Below the pieces are notes generated by a model. The model saw only the letters and a list, made by a program, of their open reading frames with translations, was not told the DNA's origin and made no database searches. Positions 9,822-19,552 of a DNA stretch of 32,000 nucleotides are shown here, in pieces. Position numbers and translations under genes: made by a program. Origin of the DNA: Dickeya dadantii NCPPB 898 (GTDB taxonomy: Bacteria > Pseudomonadota > Gammaproteobacteria > Enterobacterales > Enterobacteriaceae); assembly GCF_000406145.1 (NCBI RefSeq), contig NZ_CM001976.1, positions 3,582,132-3,614,131 on the forward strand, written 5' to 3'. Every line of letters starts with the position of its first letter. Position 1 is the stretch's first letter.

Positions 9822-10306
9822 TCCAGGTTTATCTGGCGCTGGGCAGCAACCTGTCCGAGCCATTGCAACAGGTGCGTGCGGCGCTAACCGCGCTGGACGC
9901 CATTGCGCACACCAGGCTGGCGCGCTGCTCGTCGTTTTATCGCAGCCGCCCGCTCGGCCCGCAGGATCAGCCGGATTATCTCAATGCCGTCGCCGAATTG
10001 CAGACCACGTTATCGCCGGAAACGTTGCTGGACCACACCCAGCGCATCGAGCAGGAACAAGGACGGGTGCGTAAGGATCACCGCTGGGGGCCGCGCACCC
10101 TCGACCTCGATATTCTGCTGTTCGGCTCCCTGACGCTGCATACCGAACGGCTCACGGTTCCGCACTACGATATGAAAAACCGTGAGTTTATGCTCTACCC
10201 ACTGGCTGAACTGGCGCCGGAACTGGTGTTTCCCGATGGAGAAGCGCTAACGACGCGGTTACAACAGGTGCCGCGCAACGGCCTGACCCTGTGGGACGAA
10301 CAATAG
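9818..10306 (+). CDS. folK: 2-amino-4-hydroxy-6-hydroxymethyldihydropteridine pyrophosphokinase
   Basis: 162 aa with a GTG start overlapping the pcnB stop (GTGA). Conserved [11 protein letters not shown]..., [11 protein letters not shown] and TVPHYDM match E. coli FolK. Confidence 0.95.
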   Translation: MIQVYLALGSNLSEPLQQVRAALTALDAIAHTRLARCSSFYRSRPLGPQDQPDYLNAVAELQTTLSPETLLDHTQRIEQEQGRVRKDHRWGPRTLDLDILLFGSLTLHTERLTVPHYDMKNREFMLYPLAELAPELVFPDGEALTTRLQQVPRNGLTLWDEQ

Positions 10307-10467
10307 CCTTTCCCCCCTCATCCTGCTGACCGCGATGCGCGGCTGGCGCCGGATAAAACGCCAGTCTCTTGTTTTACAAATAGAAATAGATCGCTGTTCC
10401 TGATGCCTGCCTTCCATTAGAATGATTTCCCCTTGAACTGCCCTTGAGTTGACTCAGGAAGGTTGCC

Positions 10468-11262
10468 ATGAAAGCGACGACTATTTCTCATCTGCGCCAG
10501 TGGAAACAGGAACAGAAAAAGTTCGCCACGTTAACGGCTTATGACGCCAGCTTCGCCCAGTTATTTTATGAACAGGGCATCCGCGTAATGCTGGTGGGGG
10601 ACTCTCTCGGTATGCCCGTACAGGGCCACGACTCGACCCTGCCCGTCACCATTGACGATATGGTTTATCACACCCGCTGCGTACGGCGCGGCGCGCCGCA
10701 TTGCTTGCTGTTATCCGACCTGCCATTTATGGGCGCCGCCACGCCGGAACAGGCCTGCCAGCAGGCCGCGGCGCTGATGCGCGCCGGTGCTAATATGGTC
10801 AAGATCGAAGGCGGCAGTTGGCTCGTGCCGACCGTGCGTATGCTGACCGAACGCGCCGTCCCGGTGTGCGGACATTTGGGGTTGACCCCGCAGTCGGTCA
10901 ATATCTTTGGTGGCTATAAAGTCCAGGGGCGCGACGAAGCCGCCGCCAGCCAGCTGCTGGAAGACGCGCTGGCGCTGGAACAAGCGGGCGCGCAGTTACT
11001 GGTGCTGGAATGTGTGCCGGTTTCGCTGGCCCAGCGGGTGACCGATGCGCTCAGTATTCCGGTCATCGGCATCGGCGCCGGCAATGTCACCGACGGCCAG
11101 ATTCTGGTGATGCACGACGCCCTGGGCGTGACCGGCGGCCATACGCCGAAATTCGCCCGCAATTTCATGGCGGAAGCGGCGGATATCCGCGCCGCCGTTC
11201 GCCTGTATGTGCAGGAAGTCGAGCAGGGAACCTTTCCCGATGAGAAATACAGCTTTGTTTAA
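10468..11262 (+). CDS. panB: 3-methyl-2-oxobutanoate hydroxymethyltransferase
   Basis: 264 aa, colinear with E. coli PanB ([21 protein letters not shown]). Confidence 0.97.
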   Translation: MKATTISHLRQWKQEQKKFATLTAYDASFAQLFYEQGIRVMLVGDSLGMPVQGHDSTLPVTIDDMVYHTRCVRRGAPHCLLLSDLPFMGAATPEQACQQAAALMRAGANMVKIEGGSWLVPTVRMLTERAVPVCGHLGLTPQSVNIFGGYKVQGRDEAAASQLLEDALALEQAGAQLLVLECVPVSLAQRVTDALSIPVIGIGAGNVTDGQILVMHDALGVTGGHTPKFARNFMAEAADIRAAVRLYVQEVEQGTFPDEKYSFV

Positions 11263-11277
11263 CACAGGAGCAAGCGT

Positions 11278-12132
11278 GTGTTGATTATTGAAACGCCGGT
11301 GCTGCTGCGCCGCGAACTCCGCCGTTGGCGTCTGGAAGGAAAACGCATCGCTTTGGTGCCCACCATGGGCAACCTGCATGACGGCCACCTGACGCTGGTG
11401 GACGAAGCCCGGGCCCGGGCCGATATCGTGATAGTCAGTATTTTTGTCAATCCATTGCAGTTTGACCGGGCGGACGATCTGGCTCGCTACCCGCGCACCC
11501 TGCAGGAAGACTGCGAGAAGCTGACGCGCCGCGGCGTTGACCTGGTGTTCGCGCCCGCGCCGGACACCCTCTACCCTAACGGCCTGCAACAGCAGACGTT
11601 CGTGGAAGTACCGGGGCTGTCGCAGATGCTGGAAGGCGCAAGCCGTCCGGGGCATTTTCGCGGCGTCGCCACCGTCGTCAGCAAGCTGTTCAATCTGGTG
11701 CAGCCGGATGTGGCCTGCTTTGGCGAAAAAGACTACCAACAACTGGCGCTGATCCGTCAAATGGTGGCCGACATGGACTACGATATCAGCATCGTCGGTG
11801 TGCCCATCGTGCGCGCCAAAGACGGCCTGGCGCTCAGCTCACGCAACGGTTATCTCACCGCCGAAGAGCGCCAGCAGGCGCCGCAGCTTCGCCGCATCAT
11901 GAACGACGTGGTAGAACAATTATCCAACGGCGACCGGCAAGTTGATGATATGCTCGCCAAAGCGTCAGAGGCGCTGCGCGACGCCGGATTCACGCCCGAT
12001 GAGCTATTTATTCGCGACGCCGCTACGTTACAGCCGCTGACCATCGACAGTACCCGTGCCGTGGTGCTGATGGCGGCCTGGCTGGGCAAGGCGCGCCTGA
12101 TTGACAACCAACAGGTGGATTTGACCACCTGA
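11278..12132 (+). CDS. panC: Pantoate--beta-alanine ligase
   Basis: 284 aa with a GTG start and CAGGAG Shine-Dalgarno at 11265-11270. Conserved [16 protein letters not shown] and GEKDYQQ. Confidence 0.97.
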   Translation: MLIIETPVLLRRELRRWRLEGKRIALVPTMGNLHDGHLTLVDEARARADIVIVSIFVNPLQFDRADDLARYPRTLQEDCEKLTRRGVDLVFAPAPDTLYPNGLQQQTFVEVPGLSQMLEGASRPGHFRGVATVVSKLFNLVQPDVACFGEKDYQQLALIRQMVADMDYDISIVGVPIVRAKDGLALSSRNGYLTAEERQQAPQLRRIMNDVVEQLSNGDRQVDDMLAKASEALRDAGFTPDELFIRDAATLQPLTIDSTRAVVLMAAWLGKARLIDNQQVDLTT

Positions 12133-12157
12133 TTTTTCCAACCAGAGTGACAGACCG

Positions 12158-12538
12158 ATGATTCGAACCATGCTGCAAGGTAAGCTGCACCGGGTGAAGG
12201 TAACCCAGGCGGATTTACATTATGAAGGGTCCTGCGCCATCGATCAGGATTTTATGGACGCCGCCGGTATTCTTGAATACGAAGCGATCGACATCTACAA
12301 CGTGGACAACGGCCACCGTTTCTCCACCTACGCGATCGCCGCTGAACGTGGCTCCCGCATTATCTCCGTCAACGGTGCCGCCGCGCGCTGCGCCTGCGTC
12401 GGCGACAAGCTGATTATCTGCTCCTATGTGCAGATGCCGGATGAGCAGGCGCGCGAGCATCGCCCAAAGGTCGCCTATTTTGGCGACAACAACGAGTTAC
12501 AGCGCACCGCCAAAGCCATTCCGGTGCAGATCGCCTGA
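12158..12538 (+). CDS. panD: Aspartate 1-decarboxylase proenzyme (pyruvoyl-dependent)
   Basis: 126 aa beginning [29 protein letters not shown], with the Gly24-Ser25 self-cleavage site. Confidence 0.97.
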   Translation: MIRTMLQGKLHRVKVTQADLHYEGSCAIDQDFMDAAGILEYEAIDIYNVDNGHRFSTYAIAAERGSRIISVNGAAARCACVGDKLIICSYVQMPDEQAREHRPKVAYFGDNNELQRTAKAIPVQIA

Positions 12539-12551
12539 ATCATTGCGCCGA

Positions 12552-12585
12552 TAAAAAAAGCGGGACGGCACACGCCATCCCGCTT
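12552..12585 (-). terminator. Rho-independent terminator of yadH (hairpin shared with convergent panD)
   Basis: Stem AAGCGGGA (12558-12565) / TCCCGCTT (12578-12585). On the minus strand a run of 7-8 T follows; on the plus strand the downstream T tract is weak. Confidence 0.7.
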
Positions 12586-12607
12586 CACATCCGACAAAAC
12601 CCTCTGA

Positions 12608-13378
12608 TTAACTACGCAAGCCGCGCCCACGCTCAATCAGCCACCAGCTCAGCCCGTAGAACACCACGATAAACGCCAGCAGCACCGCCAGCGTCAATGC
12701 CAGCGGCACATCATGAATGCCCAGGAATCCGAAGCGGAAGCCGCTGATCATATAAACCACCGGGTTCAATTTGGACACCGCCTGCCAGAACGGCGATAGC
12801 AACGACAGCGAATAGAACACGCCGCCCAGATAGGTCAGCGGCGTCAGCACGAAGGTCGGGATCAGGCTGATGTCGTCGAAGGTTTTGGCAAATACGGCGT
12901 TGATCAGCCCCGCCAGCGAAAACAGCATCGCTGTCAGCAGCAATGTCACCACCACCATCCACCAAGCATGCACGTGCAGCGGCACAAAGAACAGCGACAC
13001 CGCAGTAACCAGCACGCCGACGCAGATGCCGCGCGCCATACCGCCGCCGACGTAACCGGCGATGATGATGTGCGTCGGCACCGGCGCCACCAGCAGCTCT
13101 TCGATATTACGCTGGAATTTAGCGCTGAAAAATGACGACGCGACGTTGGCATAGGCGTTGGTAATCACCGACATCATGATCAGCCCCGGCACGATGAACT
13201 GCATGTAACTAAAACCGTTCATCTCGCCGATACGGCTGCCGACCAGATTGCCGAAAATGACAAAATACAGCGACATGGTAATCACCGGCGGCAACAATGT
13301 CTGGATCCAGATCCGGGCGAAGCGGTTGATTTCCTTGCTCCAGATGCTCTGCAGCGCCACCCAGTATAACCCCATCAT
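12608..13378 (-). CDS. yadH: ABC-2 type transporter permease
   Basis: 256 aa, polytopic and hydrophobic, colinear with E. coli YadH. Its start overlaps the yadG stop (ATGA). Confidence 0.93.
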   Translation of the reverse strand: MMGLYWVALQSIWSKEINRFARIWIQTLLPPVITMSLYFVIFGNLVGSRIGEMNGFSYMQFIVPGLIMMSVITNAYANVASSFFSAKFQRNIEELLVAPVPTHIIIAGYVGGGMARGICVGVLVTAVSLFFVPLHVHAWWMVVVTLLLTAMLFSLAGLINAVFAKTFDDISLIPTFVLTPLTYLGGVFYSLSLLSPFWQAVSKLNPVVYMISGFRFGFLGIHDVPLALTLAVLLAFIVVFYGLSWWLIERGRGLRS

Positions 13379-14298
13379 GCTTTATCTCCGTTGTTATTGA
13401 GCAGAGCGACAAACAGTTCTTCCAGGCGATTGGCCTTGTTACGCATACTGAGAACCTGAATGCCTTGTGCGCTGAGCTGGCTGAAAATGCCGTTCAACCC
13501 CTGTTCACGTCTCACGTCCACTTCCAGCGTCGAGGTATCCACCAGCCGGTGCTGATAACCCTCCAGCCTGGGAAGGGCGCTCTTCGCCGCCAGATCGAAA
13601 AAGAAGGTTTCCGATTGCAGTTTGGCCAGCAGCGCCTTCATCGAGGTGTTTTCCACCAGTTGCCCGGACTGGATGATGCCGATATTACGGCACAGCATTT
13701 CCGCTTCTTCCAGATAATGGGTGGTCAGGATGATGGTAGTGCCTTGTCCGTTAAGCTCTTTGAGGAACCCCCACATTGAGCGCCGCAATTCGATGTCCAC
13801 CCCGGCGGTCGGCTCGTCAAGAATCAGCAGCTTGGGTTCATGCATCAACGCACGGGCGATCATCAGGCGGCGCTTCATGCCGCCGGACAGCATGCGGGCG
13901 CGCTCGTTGCGCTTGCCCCACAGGTCGAGCTGATTGAGGTATTTCTCGGCGCGCCGCAACGCTTCCTGCCGGGGAACGCCGTAGTAACCGGCCTGATTGA
14001 CCACAATTTGCATCACGGTCTCGAACGGATTGAAGTTGAATTCCTGCGGCACCAGCCCCAGTTGCCGCTTGGCGTTCACGATATCCCGGTCCAGATCGTG
14101 GCCGAACACCTGAACCCTGCCGTCGGTCTTGTTGACCAGTGAACTGATGATGCCGATGGTGGTGGACTTGCCGGCGCCATTGGGCCCCAGCAGGGCATAG
14201 AAGTCCCCGGCCTCAACGCGCAGGTCGATGCCGCGCAGCGCGCGGACGCCTCCCGGATACGTCTTGGTCACATTCGCCAATTCCAGTGCATATGTCAT
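13375..14298 (-). CDS. yadG: ABC transporter ATP-binding protein
   Basis: 307 aa with Walker A GPNGAGKST, signature LSGGMKRR, Walker B LLILDEP and H-loop TTHYLEE. Confidence 0.95.
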   Translation of the reverse strand: MTYALELANVTKTYPGGVRALRGIDLRVEAGDFYALLGPNGAGKSTTIGIISSLVNKTDGRVQVFGHDLDRDIVNAKRQLGLVPQEFNFNPFETVMQIVVNQAGYYGVPRQEALRRAEKYLNQLDLWGKRNERARMLSGGMKRRLMIARALMHEPKLLILDEPTAGVDIELRRSMWGFLKELNGQGTTIILTTHYLEEAEMLCRNIGIIQSGQLVENTSMKALLAKLQSETFFFDLAAKSALPRLEGYQHRLVDTSTLEVDVRREQGLNGIFSQLSAQGIQVLSMRNKANRLEELFVALLNNNGDKA

Positions 14299-14424
14299 AG
14301 CTGAAAGCGTGCCTTATTATCAGTTAGCGGGTCGAGAACAGACCCAGTTTTCGATTTCAAAACCCTTGTGATTGCTCTATATTACCCTGCACCGCCCCTT
14401 TGTTGTTACAGGTCCTTTACTTTC

Positions 14425-15066
14425 ATGAAAACAATAGAAACGCTGATCGCCAATAACCAGCAATGGTCTGAAACGATAGTGAAAGAAGACCCTGATTATT
14501 TCGAACGGCTGGCATTAGCTCAGCGTCCCCGCTTTCTGTGGATTGGCTGCTCGGACAGCCGGGTTCCCGCCGAAAGCCTGACCAGCCTCGAACCGGGCGA
14601 ACTGTTCGTTCACCGTAACGTGGCTAATCTGGTGATCCATACCGATCTTAACTGCCTGTCCGTGGTGCAGTACGCCGTAGAAGTACTGGAAGTGGAGCAC
14701 ATCATCATTTGCGGCCACTACGGCTGCGGCGGCGTGCAAGCCGCGGTTGAAAACCCGGAGTTGGGGCTGATCAACAACTGGCTGCTCCACATCCGTGACC
14801 TGTGGTATAAGCACAGCTCATTACTGGGAGAATTGCCACCCGAACAGCGCTTTGACAAACTGTGTGAAATCAACGTTGTGGAGCAGGTCTACAATCTGGG
14901 CCATTCCACAATCATGCAGTCGGCCTGGAAACGCGGCCAGAAAGTGACGATTCATGGCTGGGTCTACGGGATTCAGGATGGGCGTCTGCGTGACCTGGAA
15001 GTCACCGCCACCAGCCGCGAAACGCTGGAGCAGCGTTATCGCCGGGCGATCTCGTCGCTGCTGTAA
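14425..15066 (+). CDS. can: Beta-class carbonic anhydrase 2
   Basis: 213 aa beginning [14 protein letters not shown]. Zinc ligand motifs CSDSR and HYGCGG. The ORF-track start at 14368 is an extension not supported by homology. Confidence 0.96.
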   Translation: MKTIETLIANNQQWSETIVKEDPDYFERLALAQRPRFLWIGCSDSRVPAESLTSLEPGELFVHRNVANLVIHTDLNCLSVVQYAVEVLEVEHIIICGHYGCGGVQAAVENPELGLINNWLLHIRDLWYKHSSLLGELPPEQRFDKLCEINVVEQVYNLGHSTIMQSAWKRGQKVTIHGWVYGIQDGRLRDLEVTATSRETLEQRYRRAISSLL

Positions 15067-15077
15067 TCCGTTTCATT

Positions 15078-15105
15078 GCGCCCATGCCGGCATGGGCGCG
15101 ATTTC
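15078..15105 (+). terminator. Hairpin terminator after can, between convergent can and hpt
   Basis: Perfect palindrome GCGCCCATG-CCGG-CATGGGCGC (15078-15099) followed by GATTTC. The U tract is weak. Confidence 0.5.
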
Positions 15106-15110
15106 ACACG

Positions 15111-15644
15111 TTATTGCGGGATAACCTTGCCGATAAACGGCAGGTGGCGATAGCGCTGGGCATAATCGATGCCATACCCCACCACAAATTCGTCAGGGAT
15201 GGAGAAACCAATCCATTCTACCGGCACCGGAACTTCACGACGTGACGGCTTGTCCAGCAGCGTACAGATGGCCAGCGACTTCGGCTCGCGCAGTTGCAGA
15301 ATTTCCCGCACCTTGCTCAGGGTATTGCCGGAGTCGATGATATCTTCGACAATCAGCACATCTTTGCCGCGGATATCTTCATCCAGATCCTTCAGAATCT
15401 TCACGTCGCGGGACGAATTCATGCCGCCGCCGTAACTGGAGGCGGTCATAAAATCCACCTCGTGGGAAAGATCAATGGCGCGGCACAGATCGGCCATAAA
15501 CACAAAAGAGCCGCGCAGCAGTCCCACCAGCACCATATCGCTGCCGCTGTTGCGGTAATGCTCGCTGATTTGGCGTCCGAGCTCGGCCACCCGCGCCTTG
15601 ACCTCCCGTTCGGAGATCATAACGTCCACCGTATGTTTCATCAT
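15111..15644 (-). CDS. hpt: Hypoxanthine phosphoribosyltransferase
   Basis: 177 aa beginning [16 protein letters not shown]-binding motif [13 protein letters not shown]. The start could be the second Met at 15641. Confidence 0.96.
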   Translation of the reverse strand: MMKHTVDVMISEREVKARVAELGRQISEHYRNSGSDMVLVGLLRGSFVFMADLCRAIDLSHEVDFMTASSYGGGMNSSRDVKILKDLDEDIRGKDVLIVEDIIDSGNTLSKVREILQLREPKSLAICTLLDKPSRREVPVPVEWIGFSIPDEFVVGYGIDYAQRYRHLPFIGKVIPQ

Positions 15645-15790
15645 ACTGACAACTCACAGAAAAAAGGTATCCAGTATCGGCCGCTGGGGCCATACTCCGA
15701 TGCTGATACACAGCCAGGCTGTGCCGCAATTCATCACGGCGCGCAGTATAACAGAAAGCCTGGGTTCACCCATCCCATAGCGGAGAGAGC

Positions 15791-16243
15791 ATGACAACCT
15801 TATCATCTTCAATGGCTGACAACGTTATCACCTATAAAGTGAACGACCCCATCAATGTCGATCAGTTTATCCACCTGCTTAACCGAACCTCACTGGGTCC
15901 GAGACGGCCGCTGGATCAACGCGATACCCTCGCCGGCATGCTAACCGAAACCGACCTGCTGGTAACGGCGTGGCGAGGCGATGAACTGGTGGGCGTGGCG
16001 CGCAGCGTGACGGATTATCACTTTTGCTGTTACCTGTCCGACCTGGCGGTGGATGAAACTTGTCAGCACGGCGGCATCGGTCGTCAGCTTATCACGCATA
16101 CCGCTCAGCAGCTCAAACCGCAGTGCCGTCTGATTCTGATTGCCGCGCCCCAGGCCGTGGACTATTACCCCAAAATCGGCTTTGAGACGCACCCCAGCGC
16201 CTGGCATATTCTGGCGGGTGATATTCTCGCACTGAAGCGTTGA
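15791..16243 (+). CDS. GNAT family N-acetyltransferase
   Basis: 150 aa with acetyl-CoA binding motif QHGGIGRQL in the typical GNAT motif A context (YLSDLAVDETCQHGGIG). GGAGAG Shine-Dalgarno upstream. Confidence 0.8.
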   Translation: MTTLSSSMADNVITYKVNDPINVDQFIHLLNRTSLGPRRPLDQRDTLAGMLTETDLLVTAWRGDELVGVARSVTDYHFCCYLSDLAVDETCQHGGIGRQLITHTAQQLKPQCRLILIAAPQAVDYYPKIGFETHPSAWHILAGDILALKR

Positions 16244-16398
16244 GGTCTGTGCGAAGTGTGTCGAGTGTGGCGAAAATATCAACATATTCGCAAGAAAGTC
16301 AGGATTCCGTTATCGGCGGATAAAAGAGGGTAAAACGCGTTGCGCAGTATCGGTAAAAGGTTTCTGATGGGCTTCGGTCAACCGAAACGAGGTGTAAC

Positions 16399-16740
16399 AT
16401 GACAGCACTAACGAAAACCTGCCGCACTGTGGCGCTGATTGCCGGTATTTCCTTGCTTTCGGCCTTGTCTGTGGCGTCTGCGAATCCGGAAAATCCGGAA
16501 CCGCGGGGGCCAGACAGGCAGGAGATAATGCCGCCGCCACCGGGGTTCCCACCGCCGCCGCTCAGGTTGCCGCCACCAATACCTGCGCTTTATCAGGCAT
16601 CATTGCAGGCGACTGATCCGGTATTGGCTGCTAATAAACTGGTCGCCAACGTACCGCAAGGCGGTGGTAAAACCTATGAAGTCAGCATCAGCGTAAGGGA
16701 AGTCCCGCCAGAACCACCGCAGCCAACTGCAACCAGATAA
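16399..16740 (+). CDS. Hypothetical secreted proline-rich protein
   Basis: 113 aa. Sec signal peptide with an AxA site (LSALSVASA/NPENPE). A proline-rich segment (MPPPPGFPPPPLRLPPPIP) precedes a short non-repetitive C-terminal region. GAGGTG Shine-Dalgarno upstream. I recognise no homologue. Confidence 0.6.
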   Translation: MTALTKTCRTVALIAGISLLSALSVASANPENPEPRGPDRQEIMPPPPGFPPPPLRLPPPIPALYQASLQATDPVLAANKLVANVPQGGGKTYEVSISVREVPPEPPQPTATR

Positions 16741-16855
16741 CATCATATGTAGCGTCAACGGTCAGACCAATCACAGGTAGTGGGGAACAGAACAAAACGG
16801 AGTTGTACCAATGTTGAACAGGGTATTAACAGCAGATTGATACTCTGGCAGACAA

Positions 16856-16874
16856 AGCGGGCCTGACGCCCGCT
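16856..16874 (-). terminator. Possible terminator hairpin of the ABC operon
   Basis: Stem AGCGGGC / GCCCGCT with a 5-nt loop, overlapping the ATPase stop codon. On the minus strand it is followed by TTTGTCTG, a weak U tract. Confidence 0.3.
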
Positions 16875-17937
16875 AGTCCTGTGAACTTACCGTCGATTCA
16901 GGTGGAAACAGAACCGGTTGATCGGTGCGAATACTAAGCCGAACCGGCTGCCCCGGCTCAAACCAGTTGCCGCTTTGCACCTGCAGTTCCAGCTCATTGA
17001 CCCGGACGCGATAAAAATTACTGGTCCCCATAAACAGCCGATCTTCGATTACGCCCGAGCCTTCCTCATCCAGCGCCAGCGCAATCTCTTGTGGACGAAT
17101 CAGCCAGTCATAACGTGCGCCATGCGGCAGTTTCAACGCTCTCGTCGCCTGATGCTCGCCGAGAAAACTCTGCCATTGCCGATCTCCGCTGATCTTCACC
17201 GGCAGGTAATTGGTATTACCCATAAAACTTGCTACATAACGGCTGACCGGCCGGTAGTAGAGATCGGCGGAAAAACCCTGCTGCACAATGCCGCCATCAT
17301 GGATCAGGATCAGATGATCGGCGAAGGCAAAGGCGTCCTCCCGATCAGACGTCGCAAACAGCGTGGCAATCTGACGCTGCCGCAGGATTTGGCGTAGCTC
17401 GCTGATCAAGCGGTAACGAATCTGGCCGTCAACGGCGGAAAAAGGCTCATCCAGCAGTAACAGTTTGGGTTGACACGCCAGCGCGCGGGCAAGCGCCGCC
17501 CGCTGATTCTGCTCTCTGGACAGCTCATGGGGGTAACACCGGGTAAAGGTTTCCAGTTGCATCAGCCCTACCGCATCCATCGCCAGGGTGCTGACCTCTT
17601 CCGATGACTTGCCGCGCAGCCCGAAGGTGATGTTCTCCATGACCGTCAAATGGGGAAACAACACGTCATCCTGAAACACCATCCCCACCACGCGTGGCGG
17701 CGGCTCAGCGCCCTGCGCCTGAGCATCCGTCCTCTGGCCGGCGATGGCTATTCTGCCTTGTTCCTGCGGCAGCAAACCCGCTATCGATTTCAGCAGCGTG
17801 GTTTTACCATCACCGCTGGCCCCAAGCAGGCATACCATTTCGCCTTCATGCACCGAAAAACTCACGTTTTCCAACACGGAAAGTTGCGGATAGCGGCAAC
17901 TGAGCGAGGCTATCGTTAGAATCTCCGGGGTCGCCAT
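16873..17937 (-). CDS. FbpC/PotA-like ABC importer ATP-binding protein with degenerate signature and H-loop motifs
   Basis: 354 aa with Walker A GASGDGKTT, Q-loop VFQD and Walker B LLLLDEPFSAVD. The C-terminal regulatory/TOBE-like domain is colinear with FbpC. The signature reads LSREQ (17509-17523) and the H-loop reads TSD (Ser at 17347-17349). Confidence 0.85.
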   Translation of the reverse strand: MATPEILTIASLSCRYPQLSVLENVSFSVHEGEMVCLLGASGDGKTTLLKSIAGLLPQEQGRIAIAGQRTDAQAQGAEPPPRVVGMVFQDDVLFPHLTVMENITFGLRGKSSEEVSTLAMDAVGLMQLETFTRCYPHELSREQNQRAALARALACQPKLLLLDEPFSAVDGQIRYRLISELRQILRQRQIATLFATSDREDAFAFADHLILIHDGGIVQQGFSADLYYRPVSRYVASFMGNTNYLPVKISGDRQWQSFLGEHQATRALKLPHGARYDWLIRPQEIALALDEEGSGVIEDRLFMGTSNFYRVRVNELELQVQSGNWFEPGQPVRLSIRTDQPVLFPPESTVSSQD

Positions 17938-17944
17938 AACTTAC

Positions 17945-19552
17945 CTATCCTTCCATTCTCATCAATCGGGTTATCCCAAATAGCGGGATCATCCCCACAC
18001 CAACCAGCATCAGCGCGGGGGTCGCCACCAGCGGCAACCGTTCATCCATCATGAAACGGAACACATAGGTTGCCATGGTTTCCACTTCAAATGGCTGCAA
18101 CAATAGCGAGGCGTTCAGTTCACGCAGGCTTTCGGTAAACACCAACAAGACGCCGACAATCAGGCAGTGGCGTAATTGCGGCAGATAGACCCACAGTACC
18201 TGCAGAGCTGGCGTATAGCCGAGCGACTGGCTGACATGATTCATTGCGCCCGACATGCGGGACATGCGGATTTGCAGCCGGTCAATCAGCAAACCGCTAA
18301 AACGCATGCAGTAGGCCAGAATCAGCACCAGCACCGACCCCGCCCAGGGGTCATCCACCACACCGCCGGCCGTGGCGTGCCAGGCGTCCAGCCCCAGAAA
18401 CGGCACCAGCAGGCCCATACCTAACGCCGTCGAAGGCAATAACCGGTTGAGATTGAGCCAGCGCAACGGATTACGGTAAGCCGGATTGCCGATTGCCCGA
18501 AAATCAAACGTGCACACAACCGCCAGCCCAATCACCAGCAATGTCGCGCAGGCGGCCGCCATGAAGCTACTGGTAAACGCCAGCAAGAACGGCAAACTCC
18601 AGATCGGCGCTTCGGACAATATCGCCCAACCCACCAGCCGACCGACCGGCACCACAAACGCAATCACCACCAGCGCGCCGCCAAACAGCATGGTCAGAAA
18701 ACGCGGCCATCCACGCAGCACCGGGACGTTTTGCGGGTAGACTCCACTGCTTTTCTGATAACGCAACTGACGGGCGCGACTACGACGCCCCTGAAACCAG
18801 ATCAGGAACACCAGCGGCAGCAGCAACGACATCAATAATGCCGCCGTACCGTGTTGCGCCTTGTCGCGCCATAAGTCCAGACCGGCCGTAGTGATAGTTT
18901 GTAAGGAGAAATAAGCGGAAATACCGTAATCGCCGAGCGCTTCCGACGCCATCAGTACCATGCCAAGCGCGATCGCCGGGCGGGCCATGGGAAACACCAC
19001 ACGCCAGAATACCTGCGCACGAGTCTGGTTCATCAGCCGGGCAGCCTGTTGCAAACTGACTGGTTGCGACATCAGCGCCGTTCGAACCAGCAGGTAGACA
19101 TACGGGAATAGCACCAGCGCCAGACACAGGCTAGCGCACACTACCATCAGCGCCTGTTGCCAGAATGTCTGAGGCACAATGTCGGTATCAAACGACAAGG
19201 CATAAAGCGTTTGCTTGACCGGCCCTTCGTACCCCAGCGCGTCGCCATAGACCGCGGCCAGCAGATAACCGGGCATCGCCAACGGCAGCAATAACGCCCG
19301 ATGCAGCCACACCTGGCCGGCAAAACGATAGCGCGACATCAGCCAGGCCAACGGCAGTGCAAACAGCAGGCTGAACAGCACGCAGCCCACCACCAGCATC
19401 AGCGAGTTAATTCCATAAACGGGCAGAGCATGCCATAACGCCGACACCGCGTCGCCAGGAGCGGACAACGCCATCCCAACCATGGTCACCAGCGGGAATA
19501 GAAGCATTCCTGCCAACAGCACACTACTAATGCGCCAGATACCTGAAGTCAT
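17945..19552 (-). CDS. FbpB/ThiP-like fused two-domain ABC importer permease
   Basis: About 535 aa, polytopic with a duplicated MetI-like architecture. Divergent EAA-loop regions QAARLMNQTRAQVFWRVVFPMARP and SQSLGYTPALQVLWVYLPQL. The start is uncertain: ATG at 19552 has no Shine-Dalgarno, and the ORF track extends to a TTG at 19594. Confidence 0.8.
   Translation of the reverse strand: MTSGIWRISSVLLAGMLLFPLVTMVGMALSAPGDAVSALWHALPVYGINSLMLVVGCVLFSLLFALPLAWLMSRYRFAGQVWLHRALLLPLAMPGYLLAAVYGDALGYEGPVKQTLYALSFDTDIVPQTFWQQALMVVCASLCLALVLFPYVYLLVRTALMSQPVSLQQAARLMNQTRAQVFWRVVFPMARPAIALGMVLMASEALGDYGISAYFSLQTITTAGLDLWRDKAQHGTAALLMSLLLPLVFLIWFQGRRSRARQLRYQKSSGVYPQNVPVLRGWPRFLTMLFGGALVVIAFVVPVGRLVGWAILSEAPIWSLPFLLAFTSSFMAAACATLLVIGLAVVCTFDFRAIGNPAYRNPLRWLNLNRLLPSTALGMGLLVPFLGLDAWHATAGGVVDDPWAGSVLVLILAYCMRFSGLLIDRLQIRMSRMSGAMNHVSQSLGYTPALQVLWVYLPQLRHCLIVGVLLVFTESLRELNASLLLQPFEVETMATYVFRFMMDERLPLVATPALMLVGVGMIPLFGITRLMRMEG

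Noticed and set aside
14327-14356. Hairpin GGGTC-GAGAACA-GACCC followed by AGTTTTCGATTTC upstream of can, as a possible attenuator.
   Set aside because: The stem is only 5 bp, there is no supporting leader ORF, and it sits in a divergent promoter region. This is insufficient evidence.
15791-16243. The GNAT gene as a TacT/AtaT-type toxin of a toxin-antitoxin pair.
   Set aside because: There is no small upstream or overlapping antitoxin ORF (RHH/DUF1778-like). The gene is monocistronic with a 146-nt upstream spacer. The sequence looks like a generic small-molecule or protein acetyltransferase.
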